NCBI GenBank assembly: GCA_951406725.2
Contig: OX597820.1
Span: 105,586,001-105,650,000 of the forward strand
Origin: Octopus vulgaris
Taxonomy: Eukaryota
Direction of reading: 5' to 3'
Length of the DNA: 64,000 bases
Part shown: positions 25,857-37,457 of the stretch, piece after piece
How positions within the stretch are numbered: position 1 is the stretch's first letter
How the letters are laid out: each line of letters opens with the position of its first letter
Program-made: the position numbers and the translations under genes
Notes under the pieces: generated by a model
The model's input: the letters and a program-made list of their open reading frames with translations, nothing else
Told to the model about the DNA's origin: nothing
Database searches by the model: none

Positions 25857-27548
25857 TCGACACAGAACAGAGAGACATCGGTGGAGACCGTATCACGATG
25901 CATAGACGATATATGCCGGGCTTCGCTAAAGCCCCGTCAAAAGTTCATGATGCTACAGCAGTACTACCTGCCGAGCCTGTTTTACGGATTAACACAGGCG
26001 ATACCACCAAAAGTAGGACTTGATGAACTGGATATGGCAATAAGAGGTGGGGCGCGTAGGATGCTCCATCTCCCCGATTCAACGTCAAAAAGCTTTCTGT
26101 ATAGTGCAAGAAGGGACGGGGGCCTCAGCCTCTGTCAGTTAGCGCGCGCTATTCCAAAAAACGTGATTCGCAGGAATCAGCGTTTATTGAACTCAGATTA
26201 CGATGCCGTTCGAACGATAGCTCAGGCTGCCCGGCTCTCCACTAAGAACGCGGAGCTGGCCGCCCTATACGATGTTCCGTCTGTCCAAAATGACGGCGAC
26301 CTGTACGCCCCGGACCTCCGCCTCACCCACGCCAAGAGGTGGGAATCGCAACCGGTCCAGGGTGTCTGCGTTGCCGCCTTCAAATCGGACCAGATCGGTA
26401 ATAGCTGGATGACGCGACCGGGCGGGATATCTGAGGAATGCTACTTGGGGATACTCAAGATGCGGACCAATACGTTTCCCACCCGCGAATGCCTCACTCG
26501 GGGAGGCCGAGGCGATAGCACCTGTAGGAAGTGTAAAAGCGCGTCGGAGACGATCTCCCACATCAGTGGCCAGTGCTCACGCCTCAAAACGCAGAGGCTG
26601 GCCAGGCACAATCGATTATGCCGGCTGGTGGCTAGGGAAGCCGAGCGGTACGGCTGGATGACCGGCTGGGAACCGGTCTATCGAGTATCGGGGTCCAGGT
26701 TAATCCCCGATTTAGTATTCCGCAACTCGAGTGAAGTGGTCGTTATAGACGTGACCGTCAGGTACGAGCAAGACACGGCGCTGAGGGACGCCGCACGCGA
26801 GAAAGAAAGGAAGTACCGGCCGCTGATACCACTCCTCCAAAGGGAGCTGGGTCTACCGGTACGCGTGTTCGGTTGTCCGATAGGAGCCTGCGGCGCTTGG
26901 AGCGCCGAGGCCGAGGAGGCGCTGGCCGCGCTACGTATTATTGACAAGCGCTTTATGCGACTGCTAAGCAGAACTGCGATGCTCTGCACGTTTAACATGC
27001 TGAGGAGTTGATCCAGTGACGGGGATCAGGCGGCGAGGCCCATGCCCGGGCGCCGTTACTTGAGGTTAGGTTGATCTCCACATCAGCCTTTTCGAATTCG
27101 ATTTCCCGAGGCCTATCGCAAACTAAACCACGCGATTCTGTCGGTCACCCCGTCAGTTCCCCCCGCGGATCCCCCGAAGCAAGGCGAGTATTGAGCTTCA
27201 GGGTCCCGTTCACCGCAGGGCTGAGGGTGCGGGACGACTGGACCTGCCCTCTTGTACGTGAGCCAGCCCAATAACATAACCTCCCCGCAGTCGAAGCGCT
27301 TATACTCCTGCGGGGTCCCCACCGGAATATACGCCACTCCCAAGGTGATCCGGGAGTTTACCAGACAAGAAATGACCGAATAAGACATCCGCCGAAATGA
27401 TGTCCAAGGCCGCGATTAATATCACTGGCAATGGCACAGCGGGACGACCCTGGAGGGACAGCGTGCGCGTCGCTATGACGGAGTGCGTGTGGGACCACCC
27501 ACAGAAAATAACAGGGAAAGATTACGGATTTATTTCGGTAAGCGTCGG
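25857..27548 (+). mobile_element. 5'-truncated R2-like (restriction-like endonuclease) non-LTR retrotransposon
   Basis: GC-rich block. ORF 25881-27011 is followed by a ~540-nt 3' UTR ending at GG-TAGCCAAATGCC, the 28S R2 target sequence. Confidence 0.85.
25881..27011 (+). CDS. R2-like ORF C-terminal part: RT thumb, CCHC zinc knuckle, PD-(D/E)xK endonuclease
   Basis: LKPRQK, RDGGL, CRKCKSASETISHISGQC, RHN, PDLV, DVTV and KERKY in an uninterrupted 376-codon frame. Confidence 0.9.
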   Translation: METVSRCIDDICRASLKPRQKFMMLQQYYLPSLFYGLTQAIPPKVGLDELDMAIRGGARRMLHLPDSTSKSFLYSARRDGGLSLCQLARAIPKNVIRRNQRLLNSDYDAVRTIAQAARLSTKNAELAALYDVPSVQNDGDLYAPDLRLTHAKRWESQPVQGVCVAAFKSDQIGNSWMTRPGGISEECYLGILKMRTNTFPTRECLTRGGRGDSTCRKCKSASETISHISGQCSRLKTQRLARHNRLCRLVAREAERYGWMTGWEPVYRVSGSRLIPDLVFRNSSEVVVIDVTVRYEQDTALRDAAREKERKYRPLIPLLQRELGLPVRVFGCPIGACGAWSAEAEEALAALRIIDKRFMRLLSRTAMLCTFNMLRS

Positions 27549-30289
27549 TAGCCAAATGCCAGTATTAAATGTTTGAACAACTGTGGGTCTTTACTAGGTT
27601 TTTATAAGCGGGACTTAAACCTGTACATTAATCGCCAATAAAACATTTTATACATTACATGTCCATAAAATGCTTCGTAGATCTTATTCAGCTATGTTTA
27701 AACTTGAAGTTATATCATATGCTGAAGAGCATGGTAATAGGGTCGCCGGAAGAAAATTTGATGTTGACGAAAGCAATGTCAGGTTAAGGAGAAGAAATAA
27801 ATAGCCATTAATACAGTACATTTGAGGCTACAGGCAAAACTCATTGCTAAAAAGATAAAACTTAATGAGTCAGAATTTAAAGCATCACATGGCTAGGCAT
27901 AAAGTCGTTCACTAAAAGTGGAAGGTTTCGCGCTCCCGACCTGACTTTGATAAGCAAATGGATCGTGTATGCATGGAATGAACTTGATCCTCAGATTATT
28001 GTGAAAAGTTTTATCTAATGTTTTATATCGTCTGCACTGGATGGTACTCCAGTACCATCCAGTGTATGTTGTATGGAAAGATGAAACAAATGAAAGTGAA
28101 TCTTCTGATGTTGACTATGAATCTGACGATGATGGAGATTTGCACTACAATGATGCTGACATGTTTTCGGAGGAACAAATGGAACAGTTATTTGATGCTG
28201 AAAGTGATGTTGAATTTGAAGGATTTGAATAAATGTTTTTGCTTTTGCTTTAGTAACTGATAGTGATAAATATGTAATGGCAATTTACTTAATATTTATT
28301 TTTCACTGACGTTATTACTGTTATTTCTTTATTTTCTGCAAACAAAATGCACAAAAAAGCTACACGTTTGCTTTATGTTATATATACAATAATAATAAAG
28401 GACGTTACTGTATACATTTTTAACAAACCAAGGACGTTATATAGACCTCCTTAACTCAAGTTAGAGGAGGGGTGCGTATTATACACAAGGTTTAGGCTTT
28501 TCAGAGGTACAACCCCCTAAAAATCCCCGGCGGACTATACTTGAGGATTTACGGTATATATGCGTGTATGTGTCTATGTATGACGAGCCTTCGTTTTAAC
28601 TCGCATACATGTCATTATTGTTCGTTAATTTTCGTAAAAATTTATTTACTTTTGTTTTCAAGGCGTGTGGAAGCCGACATTAGCTTTGAAGTGAGAGAAG
28701 AAAGTGAGGAGAAAGTGAAAGATGTATGGACGTGTGTGCGAGTGAAGGGGTGTTATGTATACGTTCATACATAAATACATATGCATACACCTTTTTGTGT
28801 GTGTGTTCTCACGTATTTTTTTTTGCATGTTTAAGTGGCCCTCTCTCTCTCTCTCTTAAATATATACAGACATACATATAAAAAAGATGTATGCATATGT
28901 TTTTATATATGTACGTGTATATGCAAGATAATGGGTGTTTTTTTTTCTCTCTCTCTGACGTAGCTACATTTTACTTTCTGCTCTCACTTCAAAGCAAATG
29001 TCGCCTCTACACGTCATGAAAACAAAAGTAAATAGATAAAAATTTTTTTGCGGAAATTAACGAACAAAACTAGCTGATCCAAATGACAATTCTGCAAGTC
29101 AAAACGAAAAATGACACACGCGCGCGCGTGTGTATTATATAATACAACCTTTTCAAATACACTGTATCAGTGTTTAGCTACAGGTTGACTCTGAGCAAGC
29201 CTATTGTCAAAAGTGGGGTTCCAATCATTGAATTTTTATGGACTTAATCTGTAAAACAAACCACGTGCGTGTGTTTACAGGTGTGCACATATAGGTATAG
29301 GCAAAATGTGAGGTGAGTGTACATTGAACGTAAACAAACTTATCGAGTCTTTTTGACTTTTTCAAGAAGCGTCTCATTGTGTAATCATATACGTAGTCAC
29401 ACTTGTGCAATTCTACTCGGACAACTACAATATTTATTGTATTTAACAATGGTCTTGTAAATAAGACATTTTCCAGTCAGCGAGCTGGTGCTGATTGGAC
29501 AAACTGAAGGCACTGCAGACGTGACCATTACGTGTTTTTCCCACGGGCAGGAAAATCAAGACCACATTATAAAGTTGATTCATCCGTGAAATAATTTAAT
29601 CGTTTCTTCGATGGATGGGATGCTGTGAGTATATCATTGTACTCTAACAATTTTCTCTTTGTAATTGAAAGGATTCTGTGATAGAATCATAACACGATAA
29701 AAATCAACTGAGCTTTAAATTCTACTTCCTCCACCTATGGTGAAATGGTAGATTTATGAAGTGGTTAGTTATGGTTTTAAAATTGGTTTTGAAACTTAAT
29801 ACAAGAAAACGCTTGCACAAATTTAGTAAATAAGTTGAAATTTATTAAAATCAATGAATTTTAAAATATTCCTGAATTGTCTTCCTAAACTAATTTTAGT
29901 ACAGCGACATTTAAGAGAATCATTTGAAACGATTACATTTAAATTATATATACTTGTATATAAATTCAGAACGATTGAAGTTTATTTCCCATTCGCAAGA
30001 AAACTTGCGGGTTACAGTGTAAATGTGGTAGAAGTACTTAGTTTTTCCCCATTGCTCTTGTTCAGTATCTGGCTTTTCCCCTTTGCACGAGTTCAATATC
30101 TGGCAAGTATAGTGTCTTTTCTGCTTTACAAACACTCAGCCAATTAACACTGCCAGATTTACGCACGTTAAACTACAGCTTGATATTCAAAATTGGGCTA
30201 AGAAGAAACATACTTTCAATGTCCAAACACCATATTTAAGCAGCCTCAAAACTGATTTTCAAGTTTAAATCTGGTGCTACTCCTCACAT

Positions 30290-30650
30290 GAGATTAGTAG
30301 GATTTAGTGGGATGTCACAGTTAGTGCCTCCTTTGCTTCTCATATCCTGGATGCTGCAGTGATGGTAGATCCACAGCTTTTGCAGCCGAGCGGAACAAAA
30401 TCCTGAAATACCACAATTTGTTGGCCAACTACATTTTCCATCCTGTGGTGTTCGAGATTTTTGGTGGGGTCGGACCACTTATGAGATTCCTGTCTTCACT
30501 GGCAAATCATGAGGCTCATGAGGGCGCTTGGCTGCTCCAGCGCATCAGCCTCGCCTTCACTCGTGGCAAAGCTGTAAGCGTGCTAGCCTGTCGCAATAGT
30601 CATTTGAAAGGTTTCCCAGTCCCCCAACTTTTTAACCCAAGGTGGTGAAT
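30290..30650 (+). mobile_element. CRE-clade non-LTR retrotransposon 3' remnant (RLE domain)
   Basis: WDVTV…AE--K--KY…FHPVVFEIFGGVGP…WLLQRISLAFTRGKAVSVL matches the CRE-type endonuclease C-terminus pattern. Confidence 0.7.
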
Positions 30651-31597
30651 TATTTTGTTTTTTTCCCCCTTTTTTCTCTTTCTTATTTCTCTGTTTTTTT
30701 CTTTTTAATTTTTACAATTGTGTTCTCTGTTTTGTCCAATTTTCTAGTTTGATTTTGTAAAACAGTAAACATTGTGAAGATAATAAAAATTTTAATCATA
30801 TTATATTTACTATAAAATTAATAAATAAATTATAAGGTCATTTTTTAGTATGCAAATAATTAACTCCATGTTTGAAAATTCAAAAATAGGGAAAATTGAG
30901 TGTTAAAATATTTGAATTTTTGTCATTTAGCTTTTCTGAAAAGCCCTACTGCATGATTCAGTAGAGACAAAATAAAAAAAATAAAAATATTTTATTAAAT
31001 AATCTTGTTATTAAAATAATTTATTCAAAAATGGACTTTAAAAAGCCATACTATAAGAAATTAAGCAGAAAAATTCCTTTTTTTTATAAAAAATAATTTA
31101 GACTAATGAAAAGAAATATTAGAACTCTTTGTATCAATTTGTGTTGTCTTTTATCTTTTGTTGTGTATGCGCCTAAGTTTCATAAATGAGTAGTGTCCCT
31201 TTAAGATCACGCAGAAAATTTATAAAAAATTGAAGATTAAAATTAAATATCATTTTTTCTAATGGATAAAATTTTATGAAACCTTTACCAATATATTCCT
31301 TAACATTTCTCTTTCATGTTGATATCAGTAAAATAATTCTTAATCAAAATTAAAAGAATGGTGTGGATTCAAAGTGTAGATGTTGGGCATTACTACCCGT
31401 CAGTCAACCAGTTTTGTCTATACATTTTTTGTCTTAACTTTTGTTCTACTGCACCAGTTTTTAAGTATTTTATGTCTAAATGTCACATATCAGTAGTCAA
31501 ACATAATTCAAAAAACTAAATTTGAATTAGTGAGACTGCTTGGAAGATGCCGACTGCGACAAAAAGCTACATTAAGAATATTATTCAACTACTACTG

Positions 31598-32171
31598 TAA
31601 GCAACAAAGATACTCAGAGGTAATGCAGTACGATCGTTTCATGCAACTTCATTTAACTGAACAATGCAATCATTACATCAATTTAAAATGCAGAGCAATC
31701 CTCAGCTGCAAAAAGACATAAAATTTAATTAAATTAGAACAGAAGGACTCATTAGTATAATTATACCTAAAATCTCCAAGAAGTTAAGGAGATAGACAAA
31801 TAACATACTGTCTCCACTCCAGCATAGAAGTTACTAAATTATCAACAAGATATACATTGTTACAGACTCTGCCTATCACTGATTTTTTTCTTTTTATGGG
31901 GTCAGTTTTAATTTATAGACTAGTTTATCAAATCCTTTCATATTAAAATCAAAATAAGCAACAAGGATATCCAGAGGTAATGCAGTATGATCATTTAATA
32001 CAACTCCATTTAATTGAACAATGCAATCATTAAATTCTGTTTTTGTGCAGCTGAGGATTGCTCTGCATTTTAAATTGATGTAATGATTGCATTGTTCAAT
32101 TAAATGGAGTTGCATGAAACGATTGTACTGCATTACTTCTGGATATCCTTGTTGCTTATTTTGATTTTAAT
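31598..32171. repeat. Three copies of a ~120-bp unit, the last two forming a palindrome
   Basis: aagcaaca…gaggtaatgcagta…tgaacaatgcaatcatt at ~31600 and ~31956, with an inverted copy at ~32035-32171. Confidence 0.8.
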
Positions 32172-32310
32172 CACCTTACTTTGGAATTGTATGGATAATA
32201 TCATACTAAATTCTGGTGCCTCAACTTTACCATATTCATCTGAATCTAAATTTTTGCTGAACTCATCTATATACATACTCACACACACACGTGTGTGTGT
32301 GTGCATGTAT

Positions 32311-32372
<62 letters not shown>

Positions 32373-32451
32373 GTGTATATATATGTGTATATATATGTGT
32401 ATATATATATGTGTATATATATGTGTATATATATATATGTATATATATATG

Positions 32452-32483
<32 letters not shown>

Positions 32484-32486
32484 TGT

Positions 32487-34498
32487 ATCATCATCATCAT
32501 CATTTAGCGTCTGCTTTCCATGCTAGCATGGGTTGGACGGTTCAACTGGGGTCTGGGATGCCAGAAGGCTGCACCAGGCCCAGTCTGATCTGGCAGTGTT
32601 TCTACGGCTGGATGCCCTTCATAACACCAACCACTCCGTGAGTGTAGTGGGTGCTTTTTACGTGCCACCCGCACAGGTGCCAGACGGGGCTGGCAACGGC
32701 CACGATCGGATGGTGCTTTTTACGTGCCACCCGCACGGAGGCCAGTCGGGGCGGCACTGGCAATGGCCACGATCGGATGGTTCGCTTACGTGTCACCGGC
32801 ACTGGTATCACAGCTGCAATTTCCATTGTTGTTGATTGACTTCGATTTTGGTTCTGATTTCTGATATCTGATTTGATTTGATTTGATTTGATTTCCACTT
32901 GCCTCAACGGGTCTTCACAAGTGGAGTTTTGTGTCCCAAGAAGGAAAGGTATGCATAAGTCGACTGGCTACATCCCAAGTAGAGGCCACGGGTTATGGTC
33001 TCACTAGTCCTGCCGGGTCTTCTCATGCACAGCATACTTCCATAGGTCTCGGTCTCTAGTCATTTCCTTGGTGAGACCTAAAGTTCGAAGGTCGTGCTTC
33101 ACCACCTTGTTCCAGGTTTTCCTGGGTCTACCTCTTCCACAGGTTCCCTCAACTGCTAGGGTGTGGCACTTCTGCACACAACTATCTTCAGCCATTCTCG
33201 TCACTTGACCATACCAGCGCAAACGTCTCTCTTGCACACCACAACTGATGCTTCTTAGGTCCAACTTTTCTCTCAAGGTACTTACACTCTGTCGAGTATG
33301 AACACTGACATTACACATCCATCGGAGCATACTGGCTTCATTTCTTGCGAGCTTATGCATATCCTCAGCAGTCACAGCCCATGTTTCACTACCATGTAGC
33401 ATGGCCGTTCGTACACATGCATCATACAGTCTGCTTTTTACTCTAAGCGAGAGGCCTTTTGTCACCAGCAGGGGTAAGAGCTCTCTGAACTTTGCCCAGG
33501 CTATTCTTATTCTAGCCGTTACACTTTCAGCACACCTACCCCCGCTACTGACTTGGTCACCTAGGTAACGGAAGCTATCAACTACTAGTTTTTCTCCCTG
33601 GAATGTTGTAGAAGTTGGTCTCTGCACATTTTCAGTGTTTATTGCTCCTGAGCATCTGCCACATACAAAAACCATCTTCCTAGTTAGCCTTCCTTTGACA
33701 TTGCTGCACCTCTTATGTGTCCATAGCTTACACTTGGTGCATCTTATAGAGTTTCTACCTACACCTTTTCTACAGATTGAGCAGGGCCATGTACCTGAAG
33801 GCGTTTGTGATTGGTCTACCTTCCTACTTATTAGGACTTTGGTTTTGGCTAGGTTGATTCTAAGGCCCTTCGATTCTAATCCTTGCTTCCACACCTGAAA
33901 CTTCTCCAGTTCTGATAGTGACTCAGCAATTAGAGCAAGATCATCAGCATAGAGGAGCTCCCAGGGGCATCCTGTCTTAAATTCCTCTGTTATTGCCTGG
34001 AGGACTATGATAAATAGGAGGGGACTGAGGATTGAACCTTGGTGGACCCCTACCTCTACCCGGAATTCTTCACCGTACTTGTTGCCAACCCTCACCTTAC
34101 TAGCAGCGTCTCTGTACATGGCTCGCACAGCTCTCACTAACCATTCATCTATCCCTAGTTTCCTCATTGACCACCAGATAAGGGATCAGGGGACCTTGTC
34201 GAAGGCTTTCTCCATGTCAACAAAAGCCAGGTACAGGGGCTTATCTTTGGCTAGGTATTTCTCCTGCAGCTGTCTTACCAGGAATATAGCATCAGTAGTA
34301 CTTTTCCCTGGCACGAACCTAAACTGCATCTCATCTAAGCTAACTCTCTCTCCAATTAGTTGGGCTATAACCCTCTCTGTAACCTTCATTACCTGATCCA
34401 GCAGCTTCATACCCCTGTAGTTATTTGTATCTAGGGCGTCACCTTTACCTTTGTAGCAGTTGACTATTATGCTGCTATACCAGTCATTGGGAATGACT

Positions 34499-34501
<3 letters not shown>
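32487..34501 (-). mobile_element. RTE-clade LINE, 5'-truncated, (GAT)n tail
   Basis: ORFs 33004-34167 and 34186-34410: YLAFVDMEKAFD, GVHQGSILSPLLF, LLYADDL, FRYLG, RLRWYG, GRGRPRKTW. One frameshift; flanked by (TA)n on both sides. Confidence 0.95.
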
Positions 34502-34539
<38 letters not shown>

Positions 34540-34541
<2 letters not shown>

Positions 34542-35040
34542 TTGTTTATATGCTTGTACGTATGTTTAATTGTGCCTATTTATGTATTTATGTACATGTA
34601 TAGGTGTATATATTTGCTTATGTATATATATATATGTATATATGGATATATATTTATATATATATTAAATTGTACGTGTATCGTGTTTCATGCATATATT
34701 TATATTTTGAAAGTGCTTTATAATCTCTGATGAGGCCTATGGATATATATAAGTACCTCATTTTTAACTGCTTAAAACCTCAATATAATTGACATGTACA
34801 GGCACAAAAAATTACTTTTTTCCATAGGCTGAAACAGCTGTTAGTGATTTTATGATTTTAATAATTTATATTAATGTTTTTTAATAACTACTTGTATTCT
34901 TATCTTAAATGTATTGAATTTTATACTGTATATATGTATGTTATTACGGTTGTAGTTTTGATAATTAAATAAGTCAACATTCTAATATCCTAAAGCTGAT
35001 AAACCAACTAATGTGTTTCTCCATTTTCTTATTTGTAATA
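34540..35040 (+). mobile_element. Solo Penelope-like terminal repeat (pLTR) fragment
   Basis: Homologous to ~48925-49360 (shared hammerhead and …gtttctccattttcttatttgta). Confidence 0.7.
34721..34849 (+). ncRNA. Hammerhead ribozyme motif (type I, PLE-associated)
   Basis: CTGATGA (34727-33), stem II GGCCTATGGA/TCCATAGGCT, GAAA (34831-34), palindromic CAGCTG, GTT triplet. Confidence 0.7.
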
Positions 35041-35094
35041 TATATATATATACACACACATACATGCACACACACAAACACACACACACACACA

Positions 35095-35126
<32 letters not shown>

Positions 35127-35193
35127 TAAAGTTAGGGAATCTGAATGGGTTACTGGAACCTACATAACTGGATTTTTCTCAGACTGTTTTTTT

Positions 35194-35231
35194 CCTTCTG
35201 AAGATGGGCTTTTGCACCTGAAAGATAAAGG
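35194..35231 (+). ncRNA. Minimal hammerhead-like motif
   Basis: CCTT-CTGAAGA-TGGGCTTTTGCACCT-GAAA-GA-TA-AAGG. Stem I is CCTT/AAGG, stem II is a hairpin and stem III is minimal. Confidence 0.45.
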
Positions 35232-35417
35232 TTTTATTAAAGTTTCCACATTGTTAGAAGCTTTCCATTTTCTTTCCTTTTACCTTCTTTGATATATATG
35301 TATGTGTGTGTGTGTGTATAGGACAAGAGGAAAATAACATAAGCTCTAGAATTTTTCTACAATAAGAAATTTAATTTATTAAAATTATTTCTGTAGTTTC
35401 AAGGTGAATCATTATCT

Positions 35418-35523
<106 letters not shown>

Positions 35524-37117
35524 CAGAGAGAGAGAAAGCAAAGATGACAACCCAGAAATAGTAATTAAAATTCAATATGAATGTAGTGGAGAGGAAATCT
35601 GATGTTTGGTAGTATAGTGACATTTCTGAACATATTTTGGTCTTTTTAGGTCTCATCAGTGAAACATAACGTAACCACAACGAATAGATTTTAGAACAAC
35701 TAAAGTTTCTTTTTGTTAATGATTTTAGAATGACTGTAGCTTCTTTTCATTGATGTACTCCGAGTGGCATAATAATGTAGAAGAATAGCTGGGAGTAACG
35801 AATATCTAGAGCTGCCTATTGCATGAAATCTAAATAGTAATATGGACATAGATGCTAGAATGACAAGTGCAGTTTGATATGATTTAGTAACAAAGAATAA
35901 ATTCTCCTACTTTTTCTACCCCTCTTTATGTATCTTGTGTCCACATGAACACACGTGCAAGTCGATGTGTTGGTAGAAGCTCAACCACCATAGATTGTCT
36001 GATGAAATACTTTATAATATTTAATTTGAACCCACATATTTGAAATTAAAATTCGTTCATTGAAACTCCTGCATTCATTTCATTGGGAGCAATAGAACAG
36101 TAGCAGTAAAACAATTTCAAAGTTCTAAAGACATGTTTAGAACTAGAATTGGATGTGAACTTAGTGAACCGAAATTGAAATCATATCTCCATTTAACTTT
36201 TAATCAATTAAATTTCTGAGTTTTCTCCCTTACTATTTTTGAAAAGAAGTGTCATTACCGCTAATCACTTTCCTTGTTATTAAGGGTAATTCCAACAGTC
36301 TAAAAATCCTCCCCCACCCCTCATTAAAGATCTAAATGGAAAATATAAAGATACAAAACTTTCTTAGAGAAGTTCTTAAAAGGCCTTCGTTTAATCAATG
36401 CCAGCCAGTCATATTTATATTATATATTTCCGTTATTTCCTTCTCAAGTTTTCTGTATATTATTTTACTTCTTTTCTGTGCATTTACAATGTACCACTCT
36501 CCACACACACACACACACACACCACCACCACCACCACCACCATACTAACATCATCAACAAAATCCCAGTCTGCACTTCATATATTTTGTTTTAGTCATCA
36601 ACAGTTCCAACTTCCTTGATGTGATGTCGAAATAATACACAACATTTTCGTGGCAATTCATATTTGAAGCAATAAGGATCTCGGAATTATCCCATGATAA
36701 CACTACAGTCTTCTTTTATTTCATATTCAAAATCCACCGACTGATTTGGATGGTATATTGTAAAAAGATGCAAGTTTATTTTAGTTACTTTCTGATGCTT
36801 TGTTTTCCTGTAAAATAAGAAGGAAAATAATAGAAAACATTGAGTGTAAAGCAAAAATTTCATGGAAAGAATGAACAGTCAAGATAAACATTTCATTTTC
36901 ATCCCTTAAAATACAATATATTTCGCAAATTGTCTGCTTTTGAATGGTAGTAAATAACTAAAATCTGTTGAACAACGCATGGTGTTTGACTGTTAACCTT
37001 GAATATGTAAATTAAAACCTGTATGTACATTAAAAGTTGAATTACCTTTCATCCTTCAGTAAAATAAATACCAGCTGAATAATAGTGGAGGGTAATGTAA
37101 AGGGTCAGGCAAAGGCT

Positions 37118-37268
37118 TGGCAGTGTGGTTAAGAAGCTCACTTCGCAACGTGGTTTGAGTTCAGTCCTACTGTGCAGCACCTTGGGCAAATATCTTTTAC
37201 ACTAGGTCCAACCCAATCAATGCCTTGTAAGTGAATTTGGTAGACAGACACTATGTGGAAGCCTGTCA
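37118..37268 (+). mobile_element. tRNA-SINE family B, partial
   Basis: Head similar to 48492-48640 (caccttgggcaa…gccttgtaagtgaatttggtagac). Confidence 0.65.
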
Positions 37269-37303
37269 TTAACACCCTAACCTACACACACACACACACA
37301 TTA

Positions 37304-37340
<37 letters not shown>

Positions 37341-37457
37341 CAGAGTGCATAAGATACTTGAGGACAAATTTATGTTTATAAAAACACAGATATATAACCG
37401 ATAATAACTTTATTTATCAAAAGATGCCATATGGATAAAAATACATTTTCTCTGTAA

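Larger units (their letters stand above)
25360..28556 (+). mobile_element. pogo-family DNA transposon (internally deleted, BrkDBD-type N-terminus) hosting the R2-like insertion
   Basis: TIRs TACCGTAAATCTTCGAGTATAATCCGC / reverse complement TACCGTAAATCCTCAAGTATAGTCCGC, with TA ends. Remnants MLRRSYSAMFKLEVISYAEEHGNRVAGRKFDVDESNVR (27670), FKASHG, WIVYAWNELDPQIIVKSF and acidic tail …DVEFEGFE. Confidence 0.85.

Noticed and set aside
26265-26998. Antisense and alternate-frame ORFs over the R2 ORF
   Set aside because: Shadows of a GC-rich coding strand; no motifs.
27547-27560. 28S rRNA gene
   Set aside because: Only 14 nt match; no further rDNA sequence on either side.
32533-32907. Recurrent ORF MDGSTGV…LDALPNANHSV (also at 38429, 51351, 53861)
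   Set aside because: Antisense reading of the RTE 3' UTR with variable frames between copies.
35610-35668. Minus-strand CTGATGA…GAAATGTC as a hammerhead
   Set aside because: No stem I pairing and a poor stem II.
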